From the NCBI GenBank assembly GCA_903836515.1, contig CAILQW010000040.1, positions 34,207 to 98,206 on the forward strand: a DNA stretch of 64,000 bases, given 5' to 3'. Shown one piece after another: positions 49,684 through 59,283 of this stretch. The notes below the pieces were generated by a model. The model saw nothing but the letters and a program-made list of their open reading frames with translations, had not been told where the DNA came from and did not search any database. This stretch comes from Candidatus Omnitrophota bacterium (lineage in GTDB: Bacteria > Omnitrophota > Gorgyraeia > Zapsychrales > Fredricksoniimonadaceae). The position numbers and the translations under genes were made by a program. The stretch's first letter is position 1; every line of letters starts with the position of its first letter.

Positions 49684-51525
49684 CTAAAGGGATGCTTTTT
49701 CAATTGAAAAATGCCATCTTTTGTTGTGGTGCTCTTCAAATATATTGCTATTTATTCTATTAATTAGGGTTTCGACCTGTTGTGTATAAGAAAACCCTTC
49801 AGGAAGGATCAACCGGATGAGAGCAAGACCTTGCCGTTGCTGAAAATAACCGGAAAGACAATAGAGCGACTGTAAAATGCCGTGATCTTCTATATCTAAA
49901 AATTTATATTTAATATATTCTTCAAAAATATGTACTAATTTTTGTAATGTAAACTTTTTAGTTCCATCCTCTTCATTATGAATTGATTTATTCAGTGTTT
50001 CTTGAATGTATTTTTTTGTTTTATTATCATTATCTTCTATTTTAAAATTTAATAACTTTGCTAAATTATCATTTATTATGCTAGTTACTGTGTGATTTTC
50101 ACTCTCTATATTTGTCAAAAAAATAATTTTCTTTTCTTTTCCCTGTAGAGAAACAACAACAGCGCGTAAAACATCAGCCTCTCCATCCATCGGCGTGAAA
50201 CGATAGGAGCCCCCTAAAATGTTATATTTCTTATCTAATATTGAATTGTATATGGATTGAGGATTTTTTATCACTTCAAATTCTATGTTTTCAAGCGAAA
50301 ATTGCTCCTCATCAAAACCTGCTATAAAACAAATCTTCCGCCCCGCCTTGATATCAGATTCCCATATTAAATTATTGTTTTTCCCCCACAAAGAAATTTT
50401 TTCCGGGTTTTCAGCTCCAGAACCATTTAAAACAGAGATCATTTTTCTGACGGCGGGAACAAGACCTTGCGGGCAATTGAAAACAAGCGGTTTTATGGGG
50501 AAAACCACACGATCAACCGCGTCATCTATAGCCTTAATCATCGGGAAAGAGGATCCCGTTGGTGCTGTCTCAAATATCTGGGTAAGATCATCACTCAAAA
50601 AATAATTATGGCCGCCATTGGTCTTAATACAAAAATATCCATTCTTAAGAAAAACGAGCTCTAGCTCTGCTTCAATCGCTGCCCTGAAAACTATAGATGT
50701 AAAATCTTTCTCTAAAAATTGTTCTAGCGACGCCTGGCCTTTCTTACGATCAAGATCAAGCAAGGTCCACACAACATCAGAACTTACGGCATGGGCATCA
50801 ACCATCCCGCCTCGGCCCAACGCTGTGAACAAAATAACAGCTTCCAGCATTCTAGCGTTCGCTACCGTCTGACGACCATCCTGAGACAAAAAGGTCGAAA
50901 CCATCGGCCGCCGTAAACTATCTGACAAAACCGCTTCAAGAAACGCGATTCCCATATTTTCAAATATTGGCCCTTTTTCACCCGACCAGAAAAATTCATC
51001 TTTTAACGGGACAAAATCTATAGGGCGTTCCTGGGTGAACTGGCCTATTGACAAGCTGTTCCTCAACCGATCTGGTCCAAGTTTTAATAGTTCGGGGATA
51101 TCTTCAAAAAAATCATCGGATTCATCAGGATTTAACATATCGGCTTGCGTTATAACCTGATGGCCTTCTGTTTGCACTTCTGCCGGCAACTCAATTCCCT
51201 TCCCATTTTCAGAAAGATCCCCCTCAGTGGTACTACAGGGCACTGGCTGAACAATGTTAGCATCCGGAAGAAACGGAATAACTTGGGCTAATAATTGATC
51301 TTTTTTATCTTTGGGAATATAAAAATTCTGGGAAGGTTTGCGACCGACTGGACTGCTAAGCTTATACTCTTTGATAACCGCATTAATCGAAGATTTTGAA
51401 ACTTCTATGTGAAATACTTCTTTTAATAGTGCTGCAATTTTACGACAGCTTAACGATGGGTCATTTTTTTTCTTTTCTACAATGACTTGAACAACTTCTT
51501 TTTTTAATTTGTATATCACGCCCAT
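49684..51525 (-). CDS. 613-aa protein with an N-terminal HTH, encoded by a compositionally distinct (low-GC) segment; unknown function, possibly a horizontally acquired regulator or mobile-element protein.
   Basis: N-terminus LSCRKIAALLKEVFHIEVSKSSINAVIKEY is HTH-like. The 3' half (forward coordinates ~49700-50400) is strongly AT-rich and Lys/Asn/Ile-rich, unlike all flanking genes. It interrupts the tad locus between the tadZA-DUF192 genes and the flp array. Confidence 0.5.
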   Translation of the reverse strand: MGVIYKLKKEVVQVIVEKKKNDPSLSCRKIAALLKEVFHIEVSKSSINAVIKEYKLSSPVGRKPSQNFYIPKDKKDQLLAQVIPFLPDANIVQPVPCSTTEGDLSENGKGIELPAEVQTEGHQVITQADMLNPDESDDFFEDIPELLKLGPDRLRNSLSIGQFTQERPIDFVPLKDEFFWSGEKGPIFENMGIAFLEAVLSDSLRRPMVSTFLSQDGRQTVANARMLEAVILFTALGRGGMVDAHAVSSDVVWTLLDLDRKKGQASLEQFLEKDFTSIVFRAAIEAELELVFLKNGYFCIKTNGGHNYFLSDDLTQIFETAPTGSSFPMIKAIDDAVDRVVFPIKPLVFNCPQGLVPAVRKMISVLNGSGAENPEKISLWGKNNNLIWESDIKAGRKICFIAGFDEEQFSLENIEFEVIKNPQSIYNSILDKKYNILGGSYRFTPMDGEADVLRAVVVSLQGKEKKIIFLTNIESENHTVTSIINDNLAKLLNFKIEDNDNKTKKYIQETLNKSIHNEEDGTKKFTLQKLVHIFEEYIKYKFLDIEDHGILQSLYCLSGYFQQRQGLALIRLILPEGFSYTQQVETLINRINSNIFEEHHNKRWHFSIEKASL

Positions 51526-51622
51526 AGTTTTTTGTCCATTCTGGACATTTCCACTATACCATGAAGAACAAAGATATCAATCAAGGATTGCGAAAAATTA
51601 ACCTTTTATTCATTATAACTTT

Positions 51623-51967
51623 TTAAGAAACAATCTGCATTTGATCGCCCAACGATGTTTTAGTCCGCTCAATGGTGCCGGTGGGAAGCTCTAAGACCTT
51701 GTCTGCTTTCCAAAAAATAGGGCTGAGTTGATTGGGCTTAATATGCCTCACCAACCCAACAACGTGACTATTGCGGTCAAGGAATACAGCATCAATCGCA
51801 AATTTCATAAAAAACATATGGATTGAATTGCAGTGCGTAATAATGAGACATTGTCCGTCCTTAAATGATGGTACTCCCAAAAGACCACGTGCACGCGTGA
51901 AAAAAGTATCCGCAAGCCATGCCTCCAGAGAAAGGACATTGTTATTCGTAAGATTTTTTATGATCAC
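51623..51967 (-). CDS. DUF192 (COG1430) family protein.
   Basis: 114 aa. Conserved-looking blocks ARGLLGVPSFKDGQCLIITHCNSIHMFFMKFAIDAVFLD are typical of DUF192. It overlaps the upstream tadZ-tadA stop (coupled). Confidence 0.5.
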   Translation of the reverse strand: MIIKNLTNNNVLSLEAWLADTFFTRARGLLGVPSFKDGQCLIITHCNSIHMFFMKFAIDAVFLDRNSHVVGLVRHIKPNQLSPIFWKADKVLELPTGTIERTKTSLGDQMQIVS

Positions 51968-54141
51968 TGGGCAGGAACACTCTTGTGCGGCAGGAACATT
52001 TCTTCTTTAAGCTCAACCCCGCGCTTGACAATATCTTCAAAACATTGGGGGATATAACCGGTTGGTCGGAATTCACCTAAAACACGTCCAGATTTATCAA
52101 GTCCCTGATGTTCGAAAACAAAAATATCTTTAAGTTCAGGTAAACCATCCACAAGATTTCCGGTTACTTCCGTTATGGCCGTAATTTTGCGTGTCCCATC
52201 GGAAAAACGCGAAACCTGAACGACAATATCGATCGAAGAAGCAACCATTTCATAGACCGCACGCAACGGAAGTTCTATCCCGCTTAAAAGCATCATGGAA
52301 TTCAAGCGCGTGATGGCGTCACGCGTTGAATTGGCGTGCAACGTGGTCAATGAACCATCATGGCCCGTGTTCATGGCCTGTAACATATCCAAAACCTCGG
52401 CACCACGACACTCACCGATAATGATGCGGTCAGGACGCATACGCAGGGTGTTCATGAAAAGATCCCTGATCAGTATCCCTCCTTTGCCCTCGACGTTAGG
52501 CGGGCGGGACTCAAGCCTGGCCCAATGGGACTTGTTAAGCTTTAACTCAGCCGCATCCTCAATAGAAATGATACGTTCTCCGTCGGGGATATACTCGGAA
52601 ATAATGTTAAGGAGTGTCGTCTTGCCGGAACCTGTCCCTCCGGAAACGATCATGTTCTTGCGCACAACGACTGCGGCCCGGATGAATTCAGCCATGGCCG
52701 GCGCCAAACTCTTGAATCGCCGCAAAAGATCGTCCATCCCATAACGGTCCTGGCCAAACTTCCTGATGGTGATCATGGGTCCGCGCAAAGAAAGCGGAGG
52801 GATGATCGCATTAATACGCGACCCGTCAGGAAGACGCGCATCCACCATGGGCACAGATTCATCGATACGCCGGCCCAGCGGCGCAATGATGCGGTCAATC
52901 ACAGAACGTACCTGCTGATTTGACACAAACCGTTTATTGGTATGAATAATCTTGCCGCTCTTTTCAACGTAAATTTCATCCTTGTTATTGACCATGATAT
53001 CTGTCACGTCCGGGTCAGCCAGCAATTCCTCAAGGGGCCCGAGGCCAAGGGCCTCGTTCACAATATCTGTAACAAGTTTCGCACGCTCCTGATGCGAAGA
53101 AACAAGGGCCCCGGACTCTTCTGCCAACAAATTAACAATGATCCGTTCCGCCTGTTTCTTGATCTGCGCCGACTGCTCAGGATCTGACAAGGCTTCGGGG
53201 GTGATGGCCTGAAGGTTCATCCGCTCAATCAGTTTTTCATGGACCCTCTTTTTAAGAAGGATGGCCTCATCTTCATCTTTTTTGACTGTATACTTGGCCT
53301 GGACCGCGGCCATTTTTTCATTAATGCCGAACTTTTCCCAGAAATTATCAGCCGTGGCTTCCTCGGTGGCACGGACCCGGATGACTTCCGTGGTATTGAC
53401 ATAAATACTTTCGTTCTCAAGATCCTTGGTCAGCTGCATGAACGCCAGGGAAACCTTGGCTTTGGGATTATCCACAACAACCGGAATACCCCTGTTAAGG
53501 GCCATCCCGACGACTTTACCGTCAGAGGGCACACGTGAAATGATGTCGCATGTCAGGGCGTCTTTCACTTCCTGCCAGGCGACACCCCCGTGACTTTCAG
53601 CGCGATTAAGCACAAGCTTGATCATCTTCAACGGAAAGTGTTCGCTTTGGAGAATTTCCATGCCCCACTTGATCTGATACACCGAAAGGATGTCCGGTGT
53701 GGCAACCAGAAGAATAAGGTTGGAGATATCCAGGATCGACATCAGCGTTTCTGTAAATGTCTTTCCCACGTCGACAATAATATAATCGTAATGCGGGGAA
53801 ACTCTTTTGAAGAAAAGCTTCACGTTATCCGGCGTAATATGGCCCATCTGGCGGATATTGGTGACAGCCGTGATAAAATCAAGGCCCGACGAATGGGTGA
53901 TCATGAATTTCCTGACATCAACAGCCTCTGTTGATTTTTCCATCTCAGGAAGGACTTCAACAATAGATTGATCCGGCGCCAGATTCAGCATCCGCGCCAT
54001 ATCCTGTCCGGACTGAAAATCAAGATCAACAACCAGTGTTCTTTTGCCCGATAAAGACAACGCAACGGCTGTATTGACACAAACAAATGTTTTGCCAACA
54101 CCGCCTTTATTGCTGAAAACCGTGATTATTCTTGCTGACAT
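51964..54141 (-). CDS. tadA: Fused TadZ(CpaE)-like MinD/ParA ATPase domain + TadA/CpaF secretion ATPase (725 aa).
   Basis: The first ~260 aa, ARIITVFSNKGGVGKTFVCVNTAVALSLSGKRTLVVDLDFQSG...DYIIVDVGKTF, form a deviant-Walker-A ParA/MinD fold as in CpaE/TadZ. The C-terminal ~450 aa carry the CpaF/TadA VirB11-like core (IVSGGTGSGKTTLLN...ISIEDAAEL...RMRPDRIIIGECRGAEVLDMLQAMNTGHDGSLTTLHANS). Confidence 0.8.
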   Translation of the reverse strand: MSARIITVFSNKGGVGKTFVCVNTAVALSLSGKRTLVVDLDFQSGQDMARMLNLAPDQSIVEVLPEMEKSTEAVDVRKFMITHSSGLDFITAVTNIRQMGHITPDNVKLFFKRVSPHYDYIIVDVGKTFTETLMSILDISNLILLVATPDILSVYQIKWGMEILQSEHFPLKMIKLVLNRAESHGGVAWQEVKDALTCDIISRVPSDGKVVGMALNRGIPVVVDNPKAKVSLAFMQLTKDLENESIYVNTTEVIRVRATEEATADNFWEKFGINEKMAAVQAKYTVKKDEDEAILLKKRVHEKLIERMNLQAITPEALSDPEQSAQIKKQAERIIVNLLAEESGALVSSHQERAKLVTDIVNEALGLGPLEELLADPDVTDIMVNNKDEIYVEKSGKIIHTNKRFVSNQQVRSVIDRIIAPLGRRIDESVPMVDARLPDGSRINAIIPPLSLRGPMITIRKFGQDRYGMDDLLRRFKSLAPAMAEFIRAAVVVRKNMIVSGGTGSGKTTLLNIISEYIPDGERIISIEDAAELKLNKSHWARLESRPPNVEGKGGILIRDLFMNTLRMRPDRIIIGECRGAEVLDMLQAMNTGHDGSLTTLHANSTRDAITRLNSMMLLSGIELPLRAVYEMVASSIDIVVQVSRFSDGTRKITAITEVTGNLVDGLPELKDIFVFEHQGLDKSGRVLGEFRPTGYIPQCFEDIVKRGVELKEEMFLPHKSVPAQ

Positions 54142-54150
54142 GCAGCCTTC

Positions 54151-55884
54151 TCAATTATGTGTTGCGACATTCTTAAGGAATGAATCCAAACTGTACACAA
54201 TAGAAACAACGATCTGCGTCTTATCTGACTGAGCAGACTGGGGCGGCGCTGAATAAGGCGCAAGGATTTGTGCGGTATTGACCGCATCCTGATCAAACAC
54301 CTTATACCCTGAAGATTCCTTGACCTTTACATCCTTAAGCGTGCCTTCTTTATCAAGGGTCAGGGCAAGTTTGACCGTTCCCTGCCAATTCTTTTCCTGA
54401 GCTTCGTACGGATACGCGATGGCAGACGCAATTTTGTTCTGGATCGTTAACGCATAATTTTCAAGCGCGGTCGCACCGGCCACAACCGGCGGCTTGACGG
54501 CCTCAATGGGCTTTGACGCAACGCCAGTTGCGGATGCAGGCGCCACCACAGCAGCCTTGACCGGAAGCCTGGCTTCAATTTTTTGTTCGGGCAGCTTGGT
54601 CTCTGAAGTTATATCCGCACTTTTCCCTGAACGTAAAATCGTGGGTGTAATGGAAATTACAACTTCTGTTTCCTCATTGGCCACCGGTGTCTTGGTGCTT
54701 CGAAAAAGCATCCCGACCACCGGGATACGGCTCATGAACGGAACACGCCGGACCAATTCATTGTCCCGGCGCTTGATCATCCCGGCCAAAACAATCGTTT
54801 GCTTATCTTCCAGCAAAAGCTGGGTATTAGCAGAACGTGTCAAGAACGCCACATCCGTTCCTGTGGGTTTAGAGGTATCAATTTCACTGATCTCGGCATG
54901 CAAAAGGATATTGACCAAATGGCCCGCCTGAATGGACGGCGTGATCGCCATGCTGACGCCATACTCTTTAAATTCCACGTTTTGCTGGGTCGAACCGCCG
55001 CTGGCACTGGTTGTTGTGGTCTTGATGGGGATTTCACCGCCCACCAGGAATGTGGCCTCTTTGCCGCTGATGACAACAAGGCGCGGCTTGGAAAGGACTT
55101 TCGCCTTCCCTTCCTGGATCATGGCATTGATCGCCGCAATCAGGGCATTCGTGCGGCTAAAATCACCAACTTTCCAGAGGTCCTTGAAAGAACCGTTGCC
55201 CTTGGGAATAGATATTGACGATGGCAGGTTTTCCTGATAATTGGCGGTCAAATCGCTGGTCGCAGTCCCCGTCCCCCAATCCACACCCATAGCTTTTGTG
55301 AGTGTTGTTGAAAGTTCGGTGATCTGCATGTCAATCTGGATCAAATCCTCGATCTTTTCTTTTTGAACAAGATTAATAACACGGTCGGAAAAAGGCTCTA
55401 TCACTTTAGTCAGCACATCCATCTTCTCTTCGGTCAGACTGCCTGTGATAACAACCTTGCCTTCATCCGCATTTTCATTGAGCGTCACCCCGAGCACGCC
55501 CGCCCCTGTCAGCAAGCTTTGGACTCTTTTTTTGACAAGCCCGGTGTCCTCCTGAACAACACGGATGACAACCGTGCGCTTACCGCCGTCATCCCAGATA
55601 AACAGGATTGTTTGTCCTGCCTCAATGCCGATCACGTCGACGGCGTCGGCACGGGCATCATTGATATCCGCCACCACAGGATCGGTGATGGAAACACGTT
55701 TCAAATTTTTGGCAGGAATGCTTTGAATGTCTCCCTTTAAAACCTGAATCTCTTCATAGGCGCGCGTCGAAGGAACAACGGGCGCCGCCCAAAGAGCGGC
55801 CGGCGTCCCGCCCAAAAGAAAAGCGGCAACACCCAGCAGCATCAACGGGGTTTTCATGATTTTAAACAAAAAAAACGTGCCCAT
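54151..55884 (-). CDS. cpaC: CpaC/RcpA-type secretin with an appended C-terminal TonB_C-like domain.
   Basis: Signal peptide MKTPLMLLGVAAFLLGGTPAALWA. N-terminal pilus-formation (BON-like) domain. The secretin core is VVISGKEATFLVGGEIPI...VLAGMIKRRDNELVRRVPFMSRIPVVGMLFRSTKTPVANEETEVVISITPTILR. The last ~100 aa (AIAYPYEAQEKNWQGTVKLALTLDKEGTLKDVKVKESSGYKVFDQDAVNTAQILAPYSAPP) match the TonB C-terminal domain pattern (YP..A...eGtV.l.f.i...G.v.dv.v..SSG...lD.aA). Its start overlaps the cpaB stop by 1 nt. Confidence 0.8.
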   Translation of the reverse strand: MGTFFLFKIMKTPLMLLGVAAFLLGGTPAALWAAPVVPSTRAYEEIQVLKGDIQSIPAKNLKRVSITDPVVADINDARADAVDVIGIEAGQTILFIWDDGGKRTVVIRVVQEDTGLVKKRVQSLLTGAGVLGVTLNENADEGKVVITGSLTEEKMDVLTKVIEPFSDRVINLVQKEKIEDLIQIDMQITELSTTLTKAMGVDWGTGTATSDLTANYQENLPSSISIPKGNGSFKDLWKVGDFSRTNALIAAINAMIQEGKAKVLSKPRLVVISGKEATFLVGGEIPIKTTTTSASGGSTQQNVEFKEYGVSMAITPSIQAGHLVNILLHAEISEIDTSKPTGTDVAFLTRSANTQLLLEDKQTIVLAGMIKRRDNELVRRVPFMSRIPVVGMLFRSTKTPVANEETEVVISITPTILRSGKSADITSETKLPEQKIEARLPVKAAVVAPASATGVASKPIEAVKPPVVAGATALENYALTIQNKIASAIAYPYEAQEKNWQGTVKLALTLDKEGTLKDVKVKESSGYKVFDQDAVNTAQILAPYSAPPQSAQSDKTQIVVSIVYSLDSFLKNVATHN

Positions 55885-56732
55885 TAATTGGCCCCCCTTC
55901 CACTTTTATAAATCTGAATCGCGGGTCCCGACGGGGAAGGTTCGGCTTCAGAATCCTTCTTGGAGCTGTCTGACACATTAAGATCAGCACCCGTATTTTG
56001 TAAAACATATTCCGCCAGGGTTGACCAGGTGGCGGCGGAAATCATGGCCGGCTTCTTCTCATTGGGCGAGCGCAGGGCCAGTTCAATTTTTCCGTTCTTT
56101 TCCGCGAATGACAAAAGACTTGCCTCTTCCGGCGTCACCGCAAAGGTGATCTTCAGGGAACGATCCTTTTGCTGTTCATCATACACACCGGGCTGATCAA
56201 TGTTTGTATTAATAGCGAGGATCTGAAGATTCTGAAAAATCATCGCGGTAACCGCTTCTTTTTTCTCTTTTTCCTTACCGGCAAAAGCCTCTGTCTTTGG
56301 CATGCTCAACTGGGCAATAACATCCACATAATCGCCAGGGTTAAGAAGACCGCCAACAGCCCCCAACGACTCGATCATGACGGTGATCGCACGCTTCCCG
56401 GCCGGCATCCGCAATGCCAGGGACACAGCCTTGCGTTCCTTCTTGGCATCCTGCCCAAGACGGGCCTGCTCTGTAGCGGCCTTGGCCGCATCCTGGGCCG
56501 CCTGCTGTGCGCGCTGCTCGACCTGGGAGATCTTTTGATTCAGCGCGCCCAGATCCTGTTTATACATCTCGTCCCGTTGTTTTTGCTCTTTCTGGAACTT
56601 GCGGGCGATCTTGTCCGTCTGCTCATTGATCGAACTTTGCACAAAATTACTGACCAAAAAAGCGGCAACAAGACCCGTACCTACGGCTGCAATCAGTACA
56701 AAGAATTGTTTCTTATTTTCCATCAATGCCAT
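55884..56732 (-). CDS. cpaB: Flp pilus assembly protein CpaB/RcpC.
   Basis: 282 aa. N-terminal TM (FFVLIAAVGTGLVAAFLVSNFV), a coiled-coil linker and a SAF/CpaB-type beta domain (RAITVMIESLGAVGGLLNPGDYVDVIAQL). Confidence 0.75.
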   Translation of the reverse strand: MALMENKKQFFVLIAAVGTGLVAAFLVSNFVQSSINEQTDKIARKFQKEQKQRDEMYKQDLGALNQKISQVEQRAQQAAQDAAKAATEQARLGQDAKKERKAVSLALRMPAGKRAITVMIESLGAVGGLLNPGDYVDVIAQLSMPKTEAFAGKEKEKKEAVTAMIFQNLQILAINTNIDQPGVYDEQQKDRSLKITFAVTPEEASLLSFAEKNGKIELALRSPNEKKPAMISAATWSTLAEYVLQNTGADLNVSDSSKKDSEAEPSPSGPAIQIYKSGRGAN

Positions 56733-56747
56733 AGATCATTCTCCCTT

Positions 56748-57698
56748 TTATTCTTTTAAGAGGTCCTCATTAACCTGGACCTTGATCTCCCGCTGGATGT
56801 CCTTAACCTTCGCGGCAAGAAGTTCCTGCTGTTTACGAAGTTTCAGGAAATTTGAAAGATCTGCCTTAACCTCATCAAAAGGAACCTGCTCACCGCCAAG
56901 AACTTCTTCGACCTTGGCAATATAAAAGCCGTCCGGCCCCTCAAACACCGATGAAACACCGCCTCTCTTCAAATTGGCAACAGCGGTTGCCATGGCCGCG
57001 AAAGGCGCTTCGGTCTTAAAGCCAAGATCGCCGCCATTCGATGCTGTCTTGCCTTTCGATTTATCCTTGGCGATCTGAGCAAAATCACCGCCCTGCAGGA
57101 CCTGGACAAGAATATCATTCGCTTCAGACTGTGACGCGACAACAATTTCACGAAGGCGCTTCTCAAGGGGCTTCTTAAACTCGTTGGGATTGTCGGTATA
57201 ATATTTCTTAATTTCTTCGTCACTGATAACGACATCTTTTGTCAACCGTGTCACGGTTTCCTGCACCAGCAGAGTATTTTCAAATTCCTTCATCGCCGCC
57301 TTGATATCGGAAGAATCCTGCGCACGATCTTTCCGTGCCTGTTGAATCAAAAGTTGTTGACGGACGAGTTCATTAAGAAGCATGGCCTTGGCACCGGCTT
57401 CTTTCTCATTGAAATCCTTCACCGTTTCCTTGACCGCCTTGATGCGATCATTGAATTCATCGCGTGTGATGGCCCAATCGCCGACTTTGGCAAGGACTCC
57501 GGCAGGCAAAGGCGTTTTGTCATTGACGCTGGACGGATTTTCAGCCACGGGCGCAGCCGCCTTGTCAACGGACACTTTTTCGGATTTTTTTACCTTTTCT
57601 GATTTCTTGGGAGCAAGAAGATCGCAACCCGCCATGGCCAACAAAGAGCTGCACACAACAAACATGATCAGTTTATTTACCTTCATACATCCCTCCAC
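56748..57698 (-). CDS. PpiC/parvulin-type peptidyl-prolyl cis-trans isomerase lipoprotein (SurA/PrsA-like).
   Basis: Lipoprotein signal MKVNKLIMFVVCSSLLAMAGC. The parvulin domain is FAQIAKDKSKGKTASNGGDLGFKTEAPFAAMATAVANLKRGGVSSVFEGPDGFYIAKVEE. Confidence 0.75.
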   Translation of the reverse strand: MEGCMKVNKLIMFVVCSSLLAMAGCDLLAPKKSEKVKKSEKVSVDKAAAPVAENPSSVNDKTPLPAGVLAKVGDWAITRDEFNDRIKAVKETVKDFNEKEAGAKAMLLNELVRQQLLIQQARKDRAQDSSDIKAAMKEFENTLLVQETVTRLTKDVVISDEEIKKYYTDNPNEFKKPLEKRLREIVVASQSEANDILVQVLQGGDFAQIAKDKSKGKTASNGGDLGFKTEAPFAAMATAVANLKRGGVSSVFEGPDGFYIAKVEEVLGGEQVPFDEVKADLSNFLKLRKQQELLAAKVKDIQREIKVQVNEDLLKE

Positions 57699-57807
57699 GC
57701 TTTCGTTTGATATTAAATTATACGCGCTATTTTTCCAAACACAAGACTGCTCTGCGCTACCTTAATTCATGCGCAATTTATTATACAGCCTGCCGCACCG
57801 CGGCTTC

Positions 57808-58782
57808 TCAAATTAACAATGTCCGAATCTGTTCTTTTTCTTCCAAAAGTTCTTTGAGCGTCACGGCGATTTTTTCTTGGGCAAAAACATCATGCTTGAT
57901 GCCCTGAACAATCTGGTATTGCTTGCCGTCCGAACAAACAGGAAACCCGAAAACAAGCCCTAGCGGGATCCCGTAACTGCCGTCAGAAACAACCGCGGCT
58001 GAAAAAAACATCCCTGGTGGTGTTGGCGTTCGCAAGGCCCGCACTGTATCAATGATCGCATTCGCCGCAGAGCCAGCCGACGAAAATCCGCGTGCCTTGA
58101 TGATTTCGGTCCCACGCTGCTGGACTTTCTCCAGAAAAACACCTTTGAACCAGCCGGGATCCTTAACAAAAACTTCTGCCGGCACGCCTCGGATGAACGC
58201 ATGGCAGAAATCCGGAAATTGCGTGGAGGAATGATTCCCCCAAATGGCAACAGGCGACACTTCGTTACAACGCACGCCCGCTTTAAGGGCCAGCTGTGCG
58301 ACAGCCCGATTTTGGTCCAGCATGGTCATCGCAGCAAAATTGGCCGGATTTAATTTTATAGCACACTCTTTGGCAATGAACGCATTTGTGTTGCACGGAT
58401 TTCCAACAACAAGAACCTTGCATTCAGGCTTTGCACTTTCTGACAAGGCCTTTCCTTGTGTCAGGAAACACCGGGCATTGACCTTTAAAAGCTCCCCGCG
58501 TTCCATCCCCGCTTTCCGCGGCACACTGCCGATCAACAACGCCCAATCGCAGTCACGGAAGGCTTCAACCGGATCGGAAAAAAGGCTTACCTTCCTTAAA
58601 AGCGGAAAGGCACCGTCTTCCAGCTCCATGGCAACGCCCCCTAACGCAGGCAGGGCGGCATCAAGCTCAAGCAGAGAAAGCTCAACAGGTGTATCCGCGC
58701 CAAACATTTCCCCGGCAGCAATGCGAAAAAGCAAAGCATAGCCAATCTGCCCCGCCGCACCGGTAACGGCAACTTTGATCAT
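57808..58782 (-). CDS. mdh: NAD-dependent malate dehydrogenase.
   Basis: [28 protein letters not shown]...[26 protein letters not shown] matches the N-terminal Rossmann region of type-2 (cytosolic-like) MDH. Length 324 aa. Confidence 0.85.
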   Translation of the reverse strand: MIKVAVTGAAGQIGYALLFRIAAGEMFGADTPVELSLLELDAALPALGGVAMELEDGAFPLLRKVSLFSDPVEAFRDCDWALLIGSVPRKAGMERGELLKVNARCFLTQGKALSESAKPECKVLVVGNPCNTNAFIAKECAIKLNPANFAAMTMLDQNRAVAQLALKAGVRCNEVSPVAIWGNHSSTQFPDFCHAFIRGVPAEVFVKDPGWFKGVFLEKVQQRGTEIIKARGFSSAGSAANAIIDTVRALRTPTPPGMFFSAAVVSDGSYGIPLGLVFGFPVCSDGKQYQIVQGIKHDVFAQEKIAVTLKELLEEKEQIRTLLI

Positions 58783-59140
58783 ATCTTCCTTTTCTCCCGA
58801 AACTATTCTAATGATTCTCGAAGATTTATGAATATTTTTTTAATTTTTTTTAACTGTTTGATTTCTTATGCTTAGATAAATTTAACCGCCCGATCCCCAA
58901 CACATCAGCACGCTGTTTAAAAATTCGGCTTTATCCTGTATTTTTCAATAAACAGAAGTTCTCTGCGGCGATCTCGGTCAGATCTTGTATAACGCAACGG
59001 CGAAAATCAAATTCACGAGGGAATAGGTGTTTGTGTACGAAAACTGTCGTCGGCAAACAACGCCTGTGGCTTTACCTGGGGCTATGCCGATAATGGTGGG
59101 CTTTGAAATGAAAAATCCTTCGTTCCAATAATATATTTAA

Positions 59141-59214
59141 TGACCCCAGCGGGATTTGAACCCGCGTTCCAAGCTTGAAAAGCTTGTGTCCTGACCAGGC
59201 TAGACGATGGGGTC
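59141..59214 (-). tRNA. tRNA-Glu (anticodon UUC).
   Basis: The reverse complement GACCCCATCGTCTAGCCTGGTCAGGACACAAGCTTTTCAAGCTTGGAACGCGGGTTCAAATCCCGCTGGGGTCA folds as a cloverleaf. The 7-bp acceptor stem is GACCCCA/TGGGGTC. The anticodon stem CAAGC/GCTTG carries the loop TTTTCAA (anticodon TTC). The T-stem GCGGG/CCCGC carries a TTCAAAT loop. CCA is not encoded. Confidence 0.85.
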
Positions 59215-59283
59215 AAATCTTAAAAGTGTCCCCTATTATATTTTTTCATTCCCCAGCGTCAAGGGAAATATATGTACAGCCAT

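Noticed and set aside
49684-51525. Calling the low-GC HTH protein a transposase or annotating an IS element.
   Set aside because: Only the N-terminal HTH resembles transposase N-termini. No DDE/serine/tyrosine recombinase motif or terminal inverted repeat could be identified by eye, so a mobile_element call is not supportable.
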